A stretch of 64,000 nt of DNA from assembly GCF_039541115.1 (NCBI RefSeq), contig NZ_BAABFP010000002.1, positions 744,001 to 808,000 on the forward strand, written 5' to 3'. Positions within the stretch are counted from its first letter, which is position 1. Each line of letters opens with the position of its first letter. The position numbers and the translations under genes are program-made. Source of the stretch: Angustibacter luteus. Its GTDB lineage: Bacteria > Actinomycetota > Actinomycetes > Actinomycetales > Angustibacteraceae. The notes below the pieces were generated by a model. That model was not told where the DNA came from. It saw only the letters and a program-made list of their open reading frames with translations, and did not search any database. Shown piece after piece: positions 44,179-54,810 of the stretch.

Positions 44179-46296
44179 ATGAGACCCAGGACGACCAGAC
44201 CCCCGACCGGACGTCGGCGAGCCCTGCGCGTGGCCCTGGTGGCCGCCGTCACGGCCGCACTGTCGACCGTGACGATGGCGCCCGCGTTCGCGCACGGCTC
44301 CACCTCGGCACCCGCCAGCCGCACGTACACGTGTTGGCAGGAGGGCGCCGAGCACCCCCGGTCCGAGGCCTGCAAGGCCGCGATCGCGCTGGGCGGCACC
44401 CAGCCGGTGTACGACTGGAACGAGGTGAACATCGCCAACGCCAACGGTCACCACCGCGAGCTGATCCCCGACGGCAAGCTCTGCAGCGCCGGCCGCGACA
44501 AGTACCGCGGCTTCGACCTGCCGCGGGCGGACTGGCCGGCCACCGCACTGACGGCCGGCCCGACCACCTTCACGTACACCGAGACGGCAGCCCACCCGGG
44601 CACGTTCGAGCTGTACCTCACCAAGCAGGGGTACGACCCGACCCAGCCCCTGAAGTGGTCCGACCTCGACGCCACCCCGTTCGCGAAGGTGCTCAACCCG
44701 CCGGTGGTCAACGGCGCCTACCAGATCCAGGGCACCGTCCCGGCCCGCAGCGGTCGCCAGCTGGTCTACATCATCTGGCAGCGCACCGACTCGGCCGAGG
44801 CGTTCTACGCGTGCAGCGACGTGATGTTCGGCGGGAGCACCCCGACACCCACCAGCACGCCCACCAGCACGCCCACCAGCACGCCCACCAGCACGCCCAC
44901 CAACCCCGGTAGCTGCACCGCACCGGCGTGGAGCGCGACCGCGGTGTACACCGGCGGCAACCAGGTCTCCTACGCGAACCACACCTGGCAGGCCAAGTGG
45001 TGGACCCAGGGCGAGACCCCGGGCACGACCGGCGAGTGGGGGGTGTGGAAGGACCTGGGGGCCTGCAGCGGGACGACCCCGACCACCACCCCGACCAGCA
45101 CCCCGACGACGACACCGACCGGGACGCCGACGGGGACGCCGACGACCACCCCGACCGGGACCCCGACGACGAACCCGCCGTCCGGCAAGCGGATCGTCGG
45201 CTACTTCCCCGAGTGGGGGACGTACGACCGGCACTTCAACGTGAAGAACGTGCAGACCAGCGGGGCGGCGGACAAGCTGACCCACCTGAACTACGCGTTC
45301 GGCAACGTGACCGGCGGCAAGTGCGTGATCGGTGACTCGTACGCCGACTACGACAAGGCGTTCACCGCCGCCGAGAGCGTCGACGGCGTCGCCGACTCCT
45401 GGGACGACCCCAGCGGCCTGCGCGGCAACTTCAACCAGCTGCGCAAGCTCAAGAAGCTGCACCCGAACCTGAAGATCATCTGGTCGTTCGGTGGCTGGAC
45501 GTGGTCCGGTGGCTTCGGTCAGGCGGCGGCCAACCCGGCCGCGTTCGCCCAGTCCTGCCGGGCCCTGGTCGAGGACCCGCGCTGGGCCGACGTGTTCGAC
45601 GGGATCGACATCGACTGGGAGTACCCCGGATCCTGCGGCCTGAGCTGTGACACCAGCCCGGCCAGCGCCTACAAGAACCTGATGGCGGCGCTACGGACCA
45701 GCTTCGGGTCCGACCTGGTCACCTCGGCCATCACCGCCGACGGCAACCCCGGCGGCAAGATGGACAAGGCCGACTACGGTGGCGCGGCCGCCTCGGTCGA
45801 CTGGTTCCTGCCGATGACGTACGACTACTTCGGCACGTGGGACGCCAAGGGACCGACGGCACCGCACTCGCCGCTGACGTCGTACCCGGGTATCCCGATC
45901 CAGGGCTTCGACGCCACGACGACGGTGAACGCGTTGAAGGCCAAGGGTGTGCCCTCCAGCAAGATCCTGCTCGGCCTCGGCTTCTACGGCCGCGGCTGGA
46001 CGGGCGTCACGCAGGCGGCACCCGGTGGTACCGCTACCGGCGCTGCCCCCGGCACCTACGAGGCGGGCAACGAGGACTACAAGGTGCTCAAGACCAAGTG
46101 CCCCGCCACCGGGACCGTCGCCGGCACGGCGTACGGCTTCTGCAACGGGCAGTGGTGGAGCTACGACACCCCGGCCACGATCGCGGGGAAGCTGACGTAC
46201 GCGAAGGGCCAGGGGTTGGGCGGAGCCTTCTTCTGGGACCTGAGCGGCGACACCGACAACGGTGAGCTCATCTCGGCGATCAGGTCGAACCTGTGA
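44179..46296 (+). CDS. Secreted AA10 LPMO - CBM5/12 - GH18 chitinase fusion
   Basis: AFA|HGS (His1), TAAHPG, WQRTDSAEAFYACSDV; AWSATAVYTGG..AKWWTQG; SFGGWT, FDGIDIDWEYP, MTYD; P/T linkers including (ACCAGCACGCCC)x4. Confidence 0.93.
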   Translation: MRPRTTRPPTGRRRALRVALVAAVTAALSTVTMAPAFAHGSTSAPASRTYTCWQEGAEHPRSEACKAAIALGGTQPVYDWNEVNIANANGHHRELIPDGKLCSAGRDKYRGFDLPRADWPATALTAGPTTFTYTETAAHPGTFELYLTKQGYDPTQPLKWSDLDATPFAKVLNPPVVNGAYQIQGTVPARSGRQLVYIIWQRTDSAEAFYACSDVMFGGSTPTPTSTPTSTPTSTPTSTPTNPGSCTAPAWSATAVYTGGNQVSYANHTWQAKWWTQGETPGTTGEWGVWKDLGACSGTTPTTTPTSTPTTTPTGTPTGTPTTTPTGTPTTNPPSGKRIVGYFPEWGTYDRHFNVKNVQTSGAADKLTHLNYAFGNVTGGKCVIGDSYADYDKAFTAAESVDGVADSWDDPSGLRGNFNQLRKLKKLHPNLKIIWSFGGWTWSGGFGQAAANPAAFAQSCRALVEDPRWADVFDGIDIDWEYPGSCGLSCDTSPASAYKNLMAALRTSFGSDLVTSAITADGNPGGKMDKADYGGAAASVDWFLPMTYDYFGTWDAKGPTAPHSPLTSYPGIPIQGFDATTTVNALKAKGVPSSKILLGLGFYGRGWTGVTQAAPGGTATGAAPGTYEAGNEDYKVLKTKCPATGTVAGTAYGFCNGQWWSYDTPATIAGKLTYAKGQGLGGAFFWDLSGDTDNGELISAIRSNL

Positions 46297-46313
46297 GCCG
46301 CACCGGCTGAGAC

Positions 46314-46360
46314 CCGGGTCCGGGGCGGGCGTCACACACTCCCTCCCGCCCCGGGCCCGG
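46314..46360. terminator. Stem-loop between the convergent chitinase and alpha-galactosidase genes
   Basis: CCGGGTCCGGGGCGGG / CCCGCCCCGGGCCCGG 16-bp stem. Confidence 0.65.
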
Positions 46361-46364
46361 ACCG

Positions 46365-48563
46365 CTAGGACGTCAGGTGCAGCAGCAGCGCCGACCCCGG
46401 CGCCAGCACGGGCATCGTGAGCCCGACCTCGCCCAGCACGGCCCCGGACAACGTCACCCCGTCGGCCAGCCAGCCTGGCGCGAACGCCTGCACGACCGCC
46501 GGCGCCCCGACGTCCTCCCGAACGCGAACGGTGTACTGCCGCAGCGGGTCCAACCCGGGCAACCTCACCAGCCCGGGGTGCGCGGCCGGGGCGGACGTCA
46601 GCCGCACGTACGCCAGCACCGCCTCGCCGCCGTCCTGGGCCACCACCCCGTGCAGCAGCGCGTCCTCCACGTCGAGGTCGCCGCGCACCACCCGACCGGA
46701 GTGCAGCAGGCCGCGCAGCCCCCGGTACGCGGCGATCCAGTCCGCCACCGCCGCGAGCTCGTCGGGGGCGAGCCGGGTCAGGTCCCACTCCAGTCCGGCG
46801 TGACCGAACAGCGCTGTGACACACCGCATCTGCAGGTCCAGGTGGCGGTGCGTGGTGTGCGACTCGGGCGGCCCCACGTGCCCGCCGACCAGCTCGGGCG
46901 CCAGCACCTGCGTCGTCCAGCGCTGGATCTGCTGACGCTCCAGGGCGTCGTTGCAGTCCGAGGCCCAGACCCGGTCCGTGTGCCCGAGGATCCCCAGGTC
47001 GACACGCGCCCCGCCGGACGCGCAGGACTCGATCTCCAACCCGGGATGTCGGGCGCGCAGCTCGTCGAGGAGCGCGTAGAGCCGCGTGGTCTGAGCGTGC
47101 ACCACCGGCCCGAACGTGCCGCCCGCACTGGACGCCGAGCCGGCGGCGTGCAGGTCGCGGTTGTGGTCCCACTTCAGGTAGTCGATCCGGTACTCGCCGA
47201 CCAGTGCGTCGAGCCGCTCCAGCAGGTACTCCCAGGCCGACGGGTTGGTCAGGTCGAGCACCTGCTGGTGCCGCCACACCGGCGGTCGCTCGTCCGCGTT
47301 CGGGGACAGCACCCAGTCCGGGTGCTCGCGCACCAGGTCCGAGTCGGGGTTGACCATCTCCGGCTCCACCCACAGCCCGACCTGCATGCCGCGCTCGCGC
47401 ACGTGCTCGACGAGCGGGTGCAGACCCTGCGGCCAGACGTCGGGGTCGACGTACCAGTCCCCCAGGCCGGCGGTGTCGTCCCGCCGACCACGGAACCACC
47501 CGTCGTCCAGCACGAACCGCTCCACACCGGCCAGGGCCGCCACGTCCGCGAGGGCGGTCAGCCGCGCCAGGTCGTGGTCGAAGTACACGGCCTCCCAGGT
47601 GTTCAGGACGACGGGCCGCGGGCTGCGCGGGTGCGTCGAGCGGGCGCGTTGCCAGGCGTGCCACCGGTCCGCGACGCCGTCCAGCCCGGCGCCCGACCAC
47701 GAGTACAGCGCGGTCGGCGTCCGGTAGGACTCACCCGGCCCGAGCCGGATCTCCCCGGCCCGCAGCAGCTCGGCTGCGCCCAGCGTCGCGGCGTGCGGTC
47801 CGACGCCCTCCGGCGGCCGCTCCAGCAGGTACTCGCCGTCGCCGCTCCAGGCCAGGTGCACGGCCCAGACCTCGCCGCGCCGGAAGCCGAACGCCGCGGT
47901 GCCCGCCGCCATCAGTAGGGGGCCCTCGTGACCGGTGCGACCACGGCGAGTGGGGCGCGCCCAGGTGCCGTAGCGCAGCGGGGCGCGCTGCGGGCTGCCC
48001 TCCCGGCACCAGCGACCCGTGGTGTCCAGCTGCTCCACGGCGACCGCGGGCAGCGGCAGGGTCGGGCGCAGCGCGGCCAGGTCGTACGTGCCGTCCCCGG
48101 TGTTCTGGACCGCCGCGGCGAGCTCGACCACCCCGTGCTCCGTCAGCCGCAGCACGACCTCGACGTCGACCCCGGCGGCCCCGTCGCGGGCCTGCGCGGT
48201 GACGGTCCCGCCACCGGCCGGGCCCACGTCCACCTGCACCGCCGACGACAGCCGCAGCACCGGGTGCGCGGCCCCGCCGTTGCGGTGACCGGCCAGGCCC
48301 GGTGCGCCGGACCAGCCGTCGGACTCCACGGGTAGCAGCGTGAACGCCATGGGGGCGTCGAGCGCGCTGCGCGGGACCGCCGCCGTCACCGCAGCCAGCA
48401 CGTCCGACGTCCCGGCCTGACCGCTCGCGCCGAGGTCGCCGACGTCGGCGCCCCAGTGCAGGACCCGCGGCAGCGCCGGCCCGCCGACGTCCAGCAGGAC
48501 GCTCGTACCGGCCGCACGCAGCAGGACCAACCGGTCCGGCTCGGACGTCGAGGGCTGGCTCAT
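46365..48563 (-). CDS. Alpha-galactosidase (GH36)
   Basis: LNTWEAVYFD, FVLDDGWF, GLWVEPEMVN, YLKWDHNR, ESCASGG, WASD. Confidence 0.93.
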   Translation of the reverse strand: MSQPSTSEPDRLVLLRAAGTSVLLDVGGPALPRVLHWGADVGDLGASGQAGTSDVLAAVTAAVPRSALDAPMAFTLLPVESDGWSGAPGLAGHRNGGAAHPVLRLSSAVQVDVGPAGGGTVTAQARDGAAGVDVEVVLRLTEHGVVELAAAVQNTGDGTYDLAALRPTLPLPAVAVEQLDTTGRWCREGSPQRAPLRYGTWARPTRRGRTGHEGPLLMAAGTAAFGFRRGEVWAVHLAWSGDGEYLLERPPEGVGPHAATLGAAELLRAGEIRLGPGESYRTPTALYSWSGAGLDGVADRWHAWQRARSTHPRSPRPVVLNTWEAVYFDHDLARLTALADVAALAGVERFVLDDGWFRGRRDDTAGLGDWYVDPDVWPQGLHPLVEHVRERGMQVGLWVEPEMVNPDSDLVREHPDWVLSPNADERPPVWRHQQVLDLTNPSAWEYLLERLDALVGEYRIDYLKWDHNRDLHAAGSASSAGGTFGPVVHAQTTRLYALLDELRARHPGLEIESCASGGARVDLGILGHTDRVWASDCNDALERQQIQRWTTQVLAPELVGGHVGPPESHTTHRHLDLQMRCVTALFGHAGLEWDLTRLAPDELAAVADWIAAYRGLRGLLHSGRVVRGDLDVEDALLHGVVAQDGGEAVLAYVRLTSAPAAHPGLVRLPGLDPLRQYTVRVREDVGAPAVVQAFAPGWLADGVTLSGAVLGEVGLTMPVLAPGSALLLHLTS

Positions 48564-49480
48564 CCCTTGTTCGCGCCGAGCGTCAGGCCAGAGACGAACT
48601 GCTTCTGCAGCAGCACGAAGATGATGATGGTCGGGATGGCGGCGAGGACCGAACCGGCGGACAGCAGGTTGTAGTCGGTGAAGAACTGGCCGCGCAGGTT
48701 CTGCAGGGACGACGTGATCGGGAACTTGTCGCCCTGGCTCATGAAGGCGACCGCCCAGAAGAAGTCGTTGTAGATCCAGGTGATCTCGAGGGTCGCCAGC
48801 GCGGCCAGCGGCGGACGGCACAGCGGCAGGATGACCTGCCAGAACTGGCGCAGCACACCGGCGCCGTCCACCACCGCAGCCTCGGTCAGCTCCTGCGGGA
48901 GGGTCTTCATGTAGTTGCTGAGCACGAACGTGCAGAAGCCGGTCTGGAAGGCGATGTGGGTGATGATCACTGCCCAGTAGCTGTTGTAGAGCGTCCCGGA
49001 GTCGCTGAGCCAGAACGGCACCTCGACCGAGTTGTACAGCCGGTAGAGCGGCACCAGCATCGCCTGCTGCGGCAGCAGGTTCGCCGCGGTGAACAGGATC
49101 AGCATGGGCAGGTTGAACCAGAAGCTGAACCGGGCCACCACGAACGCGGCGCACGAGGCGAACAGCAGGGTGATCACGACGGCCGGCACGGTGATGATCA
49201 CCGAGTTGAGGAAGTGCTGCCCGAAGTCGCCCTGCCGCCACGCGTCGGCGTAGTTGTGGAACGTGTAGCCGCCGATGGACACGTACCCGTGCGCCGACGT
49301 GAAGTCGTAGTCCCGGAACGAGTTCAGCACGGCCCAGAAGACCGGGAAGATCCAGATCAGCGCCATCACGCTGAGGAACACGTAGAGCAGCGTGTGCCGT
49401 GGGCGGTGCGGCGGCTTGGGCACGTCGGCCGTCGCGGCGTCCCGCGCTCCGGTGCGGGTGTCGCCGGTGGCGGTGCTCAT
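48560..49480 (-). CDS. Carbohydrate ABC transporter permease
   Basis: LPQELTEAAVVDGA EAA motif. Confidence 0.92.
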   Translation of the reverse strand: MSTATGDTRTGARDAATADVPKPPHRPRHTLLYVFLSVMALIWIFPVFWAVLNSFRDYDFTSAHGYVSIGGYTFHNYADAWRQGDFGQHFLNSVIITVPAVVITLLFASCAAFVVARFSFWFNLPMLILFTAANLLPQQAMLVPLYRLYNSVEVPFWLSDSGTLYNSYWAVIITHIAFQTGFCTFVLSNYMKTLPQELTEAAVVDGAGVLRQFWQVILPLCRPPLAALATLEITWIYNDFFWAVAFMSQGDKFPITSSLQNLRGQFFTDYNLLSAGSVLAAIPTIIIFVLLQKQFVSGLTLGANKG

Positions 49481-50424
49481 CGCTTCTCCTCACGCATGAT
49501 CGCCACCATGTAGATGACGATGAACACCAGCGAGATCAGCAGCATGATCGTCGCCAGGGCTGATCCGAACGGGATGCGTTGACCCTCGCCGACGATGTTG
49601 CTGAACACCAGGGCCCCGATCACCTCGAGACCGTTGCGGCCCTTGTTGATGACGTAGACGAGGTCGAACGCGCGCAGGGACTCGATGACGGTGACCACCA
49701 GGACGATGATGTTGATCGGCCGCATGACCGGGAAGACGACGCTGAAGAACGTGCGCGTCTGCGACGCCCCGTCCATCGCGGCCGCCTCCCGCAGCGACGG
49801 GTCGACCGCCTTCAGGCCGGCTAGGTACAGCAGCATGATGTACCCGGTGTGTCGCCAGCTCGCCGCGACCAGCACGGCCCAGAGGTTCACCTTGGAGTCG
49901 CCGTACCAGTCGATCGCCCGGTCACCGTGCAGCCCGAGCATCGCGTTCAGCAGGCCCTGGTCGCGCGAGTAGATGAGCTGCCACATGAAGCCGACCAGCG
50001 CGAGCGAGAGCACGACCGGCAGGAAGAAGGCGCTCTGGTAGACCCGGGTGAACCGCAGCTCGCGGTCGAGCAGGACGGCGATGAACATGCCCAGGACGGT
50101 GGGGATGGCGAACGTCACGAACAGCCAGATCAGGTTGTGCTGCAACGCCGGCCAGAAGGGCGGGTAGTTCGTGGTGACCTGCCGGTAGTTCTCCAGCCCG
50201 ACGAACTTGCTGTCCGAGAGCGGCGCGAAGCCGTCCCAGTTCGTCATGGACAGCCCCACCGTCACCAGGGCGGGGATCCAGATGAGACCGACGACCACCA
50301 CCGCGGGAACGCCGCCCAGCACGATCAGCCAGAAGCGGTCGCCACGCGTGAGCCACGTGGACTTCCTTCGGGACTTACGAATCTTCTGGGCAGGTGCAGG
50401 CGTTCCCGCGCTGGTGGTCGTCAT
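49477..50424 (-). CDS. Carbohydrate ABC transporter permease
   Basis: LREAAAMDGA EAA motif. Confidence 0.92.
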   Translation of the reverse strand: MTTTSAGTPAPAQKIRKSRRKSTWLTRGDRFWLIVLGGVPAVVVVGLIWIPALVTVGLSMTNWDGFAPLSDSKFVGLENYRQVTTNYPPFWPALQHNLIWLFVTFAIPTVLGMFIAVLLDRELRFTRVYQSAFFLPVVLSLALVGFMWQLIYSRDQGLLNAMLGLHGDRAIDWYGDSKVNLWAVLVAASWRHTGYIMLLYLAGLKAVDPSLREAAAMDGASQTRTFFSVVFPVMRPINIIVLVVTVIESLRAFDLVYVINKGRNGLEVIGALVFSNIVGEGQRIPFGSALATIMLLISLVFIVIYMVAIMREEKR

Positions 50425-50441
50425 GGGTCGATCGTCCTCGC

Positions 50442-51794
50442 TCAGCTGTCGGTGGCGAAGATGGACTGCTTCTGCTTCTCGATGCTGTTCACCAGGCCGT
50501 CGATGTCCTTCGGGTTCTTGATGAAGGTCTGGATCGCCGGGATCATCACGTTGCTGGCGAAGTCCGGACGGGTGTCGCGGTCCATGAACTGCGAGATGTT
50601 CTTCGCGCTCCCCACGAACTCGACGGCCTTCTTCTGCAGCGCCGAGTACGCGCCGGTGTCGGCGCCGCTGTTCACCGCGATGACCGTCGGGTCAGCCGCG
50701 ACGGACACGCCCTCCGCCTCGGGGGTGGCGAGGTACTTCAGGAACGCCTTGGCACCGGCCTCGTTCTTCGGCCGCTTGGACATCATGAAGCCGTCGATCG
50801 GGGCCTCGATCGCGTCCGAGCCGATGGCGGAGTCGATCTCCGGGAAGGTGAAGAAGTCCAGGTCGTCCTGCTCAGCGCCCTTCGGGAACTGCTGCCCGAC
50901 GAACATGCCCAGCACGTACATGCCGGCCTTCTTCTGCTGCAGCGACTGCGCCGCCTCCTGCCAGGTACGCCCGAGCGAGGCGTCCTGGTGGTAGGGCAGC
51001 AGGCCTGCCCAGGTGTCGAACACCTTCTTGACCTCGGGGCCGTTCCACGGCTTCTTGCCGGCCATCAGGTCCATGTGGAACTGGAAGCCGTTGATCCGCA
51101 TGTTCAGCTGGTCGAACGTGCCCATCGCGGGCCAGCCGTCCTTGTCGCCGAACGCGATCGGGGCCAGCTTGTCCTTCTGCATCTGCTTGGACAGCGCGAC
51201 CAGGTCGTCCAGGGTCTTCGGCACCTGGTAGCCCTTGTCGGCGAACACGCTCTTGCGGTAGAAGATCGCCCACGGGTAGTTGGTGAACGGCACGAAGTAC
51301 TGCTTGCCGTCGTCACCCGTCGACGCCGTCTTGAGGGCGTCGGAGAAGCCCTTCATGTCCGGCCAGATGTCACTGATGTCGCCGGCCAGACCCTTGGCGG
51401 CGAAGAAGCGCATCCGGAAGCCGGAGAACCAGGTGAACACGTCGTCCGGGCTGCCCTGCAGGTAGCTGTTGATCTGCTCCTGGAAGGTGTTGTGGTCCAC
51501 CGTGTTCGTCTTGACGGTGAGCTTGGGGTTGGCGGTGTGGAACTGGTCCGTGACCTTGGCGTAGGCGGCCTTCGGGACCTCGTCCGACTGGTTGGAGCCG
51601 AACGTCACGACACCGGTGGCGGACTTGGTGTCCGCCGCGCTGTCGCCGCTGTCGCCGCCACAGGCGGCCAGCGATCCGGCGGCCGCGACGCCGAGCGCGC
51701 CACGGAAGAGGGCCCTGCGACCGAACTGCGTGCCCGCCACCGACGGCGGTAGGAGCGACGCGAGGTACTCGGCTTGGGACTGGGGGCGGGACAT
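50442..51794 (-). CDS. Carbohydrate ABC substrate-binding lipoprotein (Tat-like signal)
   Basis: GRRALF twin-arginine and LAAC lipobox; operon with permeases and alpha-galactosidase. Confidence 0.9.
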   Translation of the reverse strand: MSRPQSQAEYLASLLPPSVAGTQFGRRALFRGALGVAAAGSLAACGGDSGDSAADTKSATGVVTFGSNQSDEVPKAAYAKVTDQFHTANPKLTVKTNTVDHNTFQEQINSYLQGSPDDVFTWFSGFRMRFFAAKGLAGDISDIWPDMKGFSDALKTASTGDDGKQYFVPFTNYPWAIFYRKSVFADKGYQVPKTLDDLVALSKQMQKDKLAPIAFGDKDGWPAMGTFDQLNMRINGFQFHMDLMAGKKPWNGPEVKKVFDTWAGLLPYHQDASLGRTWQEAAQSLQQKKAGMYVLGMFVGQQFPKGAEQDDLDFFTFPEIDSAIGSDAIEAPIDGFMMSKRPKNEAGAKAFLKYLATPEAEGVSVAADPTVIAVNSGADTGAYSALQKKAVEFVGSAKNISQFMDRDTRPDFASNVMIPAIQTFIKNPKDIDGLVNSIEKQKQSIFATDS

Positions 51795-52005
51795 CGCGTC
51801 TCCTTTGACGGTACTTCAGCCGACACGGTCAACCATGATCAGACAAATTCGATCATGCCGATGGCGCTTACCATCGTCACGATCCCGGCTGTTGTCAAGA
51901 CTTCTCACCAAGTTGGCGCGTTGGCGCGTCGTCCTTCACCCACCGTTCGGCTCGATCTGTTGGTTATTGTTGACTTATTCAGCCGAGCGCGCCAAGGTCT
52001 GTCCC

Positions 52006-54030
52006 ATGCGGAGCTGGCCAACGAGGTCCCTGGCGCTGGGTGGCGACTACAACCCTGAGCAGTGGCCGGAGCACGTCTGGGACGAGGACGTCCGGTTGAT
52101 GGGCGAGGCCGGCGTCACCTTCGCGACCGTCGGCGTGTTCTCCTGGTCGCTGCTCGAGCCCGAACCCGGTCGATTCGACACGGACTGGCTCGACCGGGTG
52201 CTCGACCTGTTGCACGCCAACGACATCGCTGCCGACCTCGCCACGGCGACGGCCTCCCCGCCGCCCTGGATGTTCCACCTCGACCACGACCTGCTCCCCG
52301 AGCGTTCGGACGGCACCCGACTGTGGCCAGGGGGGCGCCAGCACTACTGCCCCAGCAACTCCACCTACCGCGAGCGCTCGCTCCAGCTCGTCGAGCACCT
52401 TGCGACCCGCTACCACGACCACCCCTCGGTGGCGATGTGGCACGTGGGCAACGAGTACGCCTGCCACGACGCGCCCTGCTACTGCGACCGGTGCGCGGTG
52501 CGGTTCCGCGCGTGGCTGCAGCGGCGCTACGGCGACGTCGACGCGATGAACGAGGCCTGGGGGACGGCCTTCTGGAGCCAGCGGTACACCTCGTTCGACC
52601 AGGTGCTGCCCCCGCGGGAGGCGCCCACCGTGCCCAACCCGACGCAGGCGCTGGACTACCGCCGCTTCACCTCGGACAACATCCTGGAGCTGTTCGTCGC
52701 CGAGCGGGACGTGCTGCACCGCCTGTCCCCCGGGATCCCGGTGACCACGAACTTCATGACGCTGAGCCACTTCCGGCACCTCGACTACTTCGTGTGGGGG
52801 CCGGAGCAGGACGTCGTCAGCACCGACAACTACGTGGTGGCGGCCGAGCCCGACCCCGAGGCGGAGCTGGCGTTCAGCGGCGACCTGACCCGCGGCATCG
52901 CGGGCGGCCGGCCGTGGATGCTCATGGAGCACTCGACGAGCGCGGTGAACTGGCAGCCGGTCAACCAGGCCAAGCGTCCCGGGGCCACGCTGCGCAACAG
53001 CCTCGCGCACGTCGCGCACGGCGCCGACACGCTGGGCTTCTTCCAGTGGCGGGCCGCCAAGGCAGGCGCCGAGAAGTTCCACTCGGCCCTGCTCCCGCAC
53101 GCGGGCACGGACTCCCGGCTGTGGCGCGAGGTCGTCCAGCTCGGCGAGGTCTGCGAGCGGCTCGCCGAGGTGGTCGGCACCACCGTGCAGGCGCAGGTGG
53201 CCGTGCTGTGGGACTACGACGCGGGCTGGGCCACCGACCAGCCCTCCCACCCGAGCTCGCTGGTCCGGTACGGCGACGACGCGCACGCGATCCACCGCGC
53301 CCTGCTGCTGCGCGGGATCACCGCGGACGTCGTGCACCCGTCGGCCGACCTGAGCGGCTACGCCCTGGTCGTCGTCCCGACGCTGTACGCGGTGGACGAC
53401 GCGGTCGCGGACTCCCTGCACGCGGCGGCCGACCGCGGAGCGAGCGTCCTGGTGACGTTCTTCTCCGGCATCGTCGACGGCAACGCGCACATCCGCCTCG
53501 GCGGCTACCCCGGCGCGTTCCGTGAGCTGCTCGGCGTGCGCGTCGAGGAGTTCGCCCCGCTGATGCCCGGCGAGCAGGTCGCCCTGGACGACTTCCCTGA
53601 CGTCGTCGGCGCCACCGCGACCGTCTGGACCGAGCACCTGCACCTGACCGGCGCCACCGCGCAGGCCTCGTTCACGAACGGCCCGCTGCCCGGCGTCCCG
53701 GCCCTGACCCGCAACGCGGTCGGCCAGGGCGCCGCCTGGTACCTGGCCACCCGCCTGGACGAGGCGTCCCTCGGCGCACTGGTGGACCGACTCGTCGCGG
53801 AGTCGGGCGTGCAGCCCGCGGCGTCGGCCCCGGCCGTCGCCCCCGCGCCGTACGGTCTCGAGCTGGTCCGCCGCAGCGGCGACGGCCGCTCGTACCTGTT
53901 CGCGATCAACCACACCGAGTACGCCCTGACGATCACCGCGAACGGCCACGACCTGGTCGCCGACGTCCCCGTGACCGGTGAGCTCACCGTGGCCCCCGGT
54001 GCGGTGGCCGTCGTCCGAGAGCAGGTCTGA
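52006..54030 (+). CDS. Beta-galactosidase (GH42)
   Basis: GGDYNPEQW, VGVFSW, WHVGNEY, CYCDRC, WMLMEH, FFQWR..EKFH; possibly leaderless (TTGACT-N17-CAAGGT-N7-ATG). Confidence 0.93.
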   Translation: MRSWPTRSLALGGDYNPEQWPEHVWDEDVRLMGEAGVTFATVGVFSWSLLEPEPGRFDTDWLDRVLDLLHANDIAADLATATASPPPWMFHLDHDLLPERSDGTRLWPGGRQHYCPSNSTYRERSLQLVEHLATRYHDHPSVAMWHVGNEYACHDAPCYCDRCAVRFRAWLQRRYGDVDAMNEAWGTAFWSQRYTSFDQVLPPREAPTVPNPTQALDYRRFTSDNILELFVAERDVLHRLSPGIPVTTNFMTLSHFRHLDYFVWGPEQDVVSTDNYVVAAEPDPEAELAFSGDLTRGIAGGRPWMLMEHSTSAVNWQPVNQAKRPGATLRNSLAHVAHGADTLGFFQWRAAKAGAEKFHSALLPHAGTDSRLWREVVQLGEVCERLAEVVGTTVQAQVAVLWDYDAGWATDQPSHPSSLVRYGDDAHAIHRALLLRGITADVVHPSADLSGYALVVVPTLYAVDDAVADSLHAAADRGASVLVTFFSGIVDGNAHIRLGGYPGAFRELLGVRVEEFAPLMPGEQVALDDFPDVVGATATVWTEHLHLTGATAQASFTNGPLPGVPALTRNAVGQGAAWYLATRLDEASLGALVDRLVAESGVQPAASAPAVAPAPYGLELVRRSGDGRSYLFAINHTEYALTITANGHDLVADVPVTGELTVAPGAVAVVREQV

Positions 54031-54810
54031 ATGCTCGCCCGGCAGCGCCAGGAACGCATCCTCACCGAGGTCCGCCGGCACGGCGGCGCTCGGGTGTCCG
54101 ACCTGGTCGACCTGCTGGGCGTCTCGGACATGACGGTCCGCCGCGACATCGAGACCCTGGCCCGACAGGAGCTCGTGCTGCGCGTGCACGGCGGCGCCAC
54201 CGCGGTCGACGAGCGCAGCAGCGACGAGCCGGGGTTCGCGGCCAAGTCGGTGCTGGCGCTGGCCGAGAAGTCGGCCATCGCCGAAGCCGCCGCGCGGCTC
54301 ATCCTGCCCGGCGCGTCGGTGGCGCTCTCCGCCGGCACGACCACGTACGCGGTGGCGCAGCAGCTGGTGGACGTCGCCGACCTGACCGTGGTGACGAACT
54401 CACCGCCCGTCGCCGACCTGCTGCACGAGCGCCCGGCCCCGGGCCGCACGGTGGTGCTGACCGGCGGCACCCGGACGCCGTCCAACGCCCTGGTCGGTCC
54501 GGTCGCGGTGCGGGCCCTGGCCGACCTGCACGTCGACACGCTCGTGCTGGGGGTGCACGGCATCGACGAGCGGTTCGGGGTGACCACACCGAACCTGGTC
54601 GAGGCCGAGACCAACCAGGCCCTGGTGGCCAGTGCGCGCCGGGTCGTGGTGGTCGCGGACCACTCGAAGTGGAACGTGGTGGGGCTGGCCGGCATCACCT
54701 CGCTCGACCGGATCGACGTCCTGGTGACGGACTCCGGGCTGCCGGCCAAGACGCGCCGCACCCTGGCCGGTCTGGTCGGCGAGCTGGTGGTGGCCGAGGT
54801 GATGCTGTGA
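54031..54810 (+). CDS. DeoR/GlpR family transcriptional regulator
   Basis: LGVSDMTVRRDI..VHGGA; AGTTT, VVTNS, ADHSKW. Confidence 0.92.
   Translation: MLARQRQERILTEVRRHGGARVSDLVDLLGVSDMTVRRDIETLARQELVLRVHGGATAVDERSSDEPGFAAKSVLALAEKSAIAEAAARLILPGASVALSAGTTTYAVAQQLVDVADLTVVTNSPPVADLLHERPAPGRTVVLTGGTRTPSNALVGPVAVRALADLHVDTLVLGVHGIDERFGVTTPNLVEAETNQALVASARRVVVVADHSKWNVVGLAGITSLDRIDVLVTDSGLPAKTRRTLAGLVGELVVAEVML

Noticed and set aside
44851..45175. Tandem 12-bp repeats as a separate element
   Set aside because: They encode the Pro/Thr linkers of the LPMO-chitinase.
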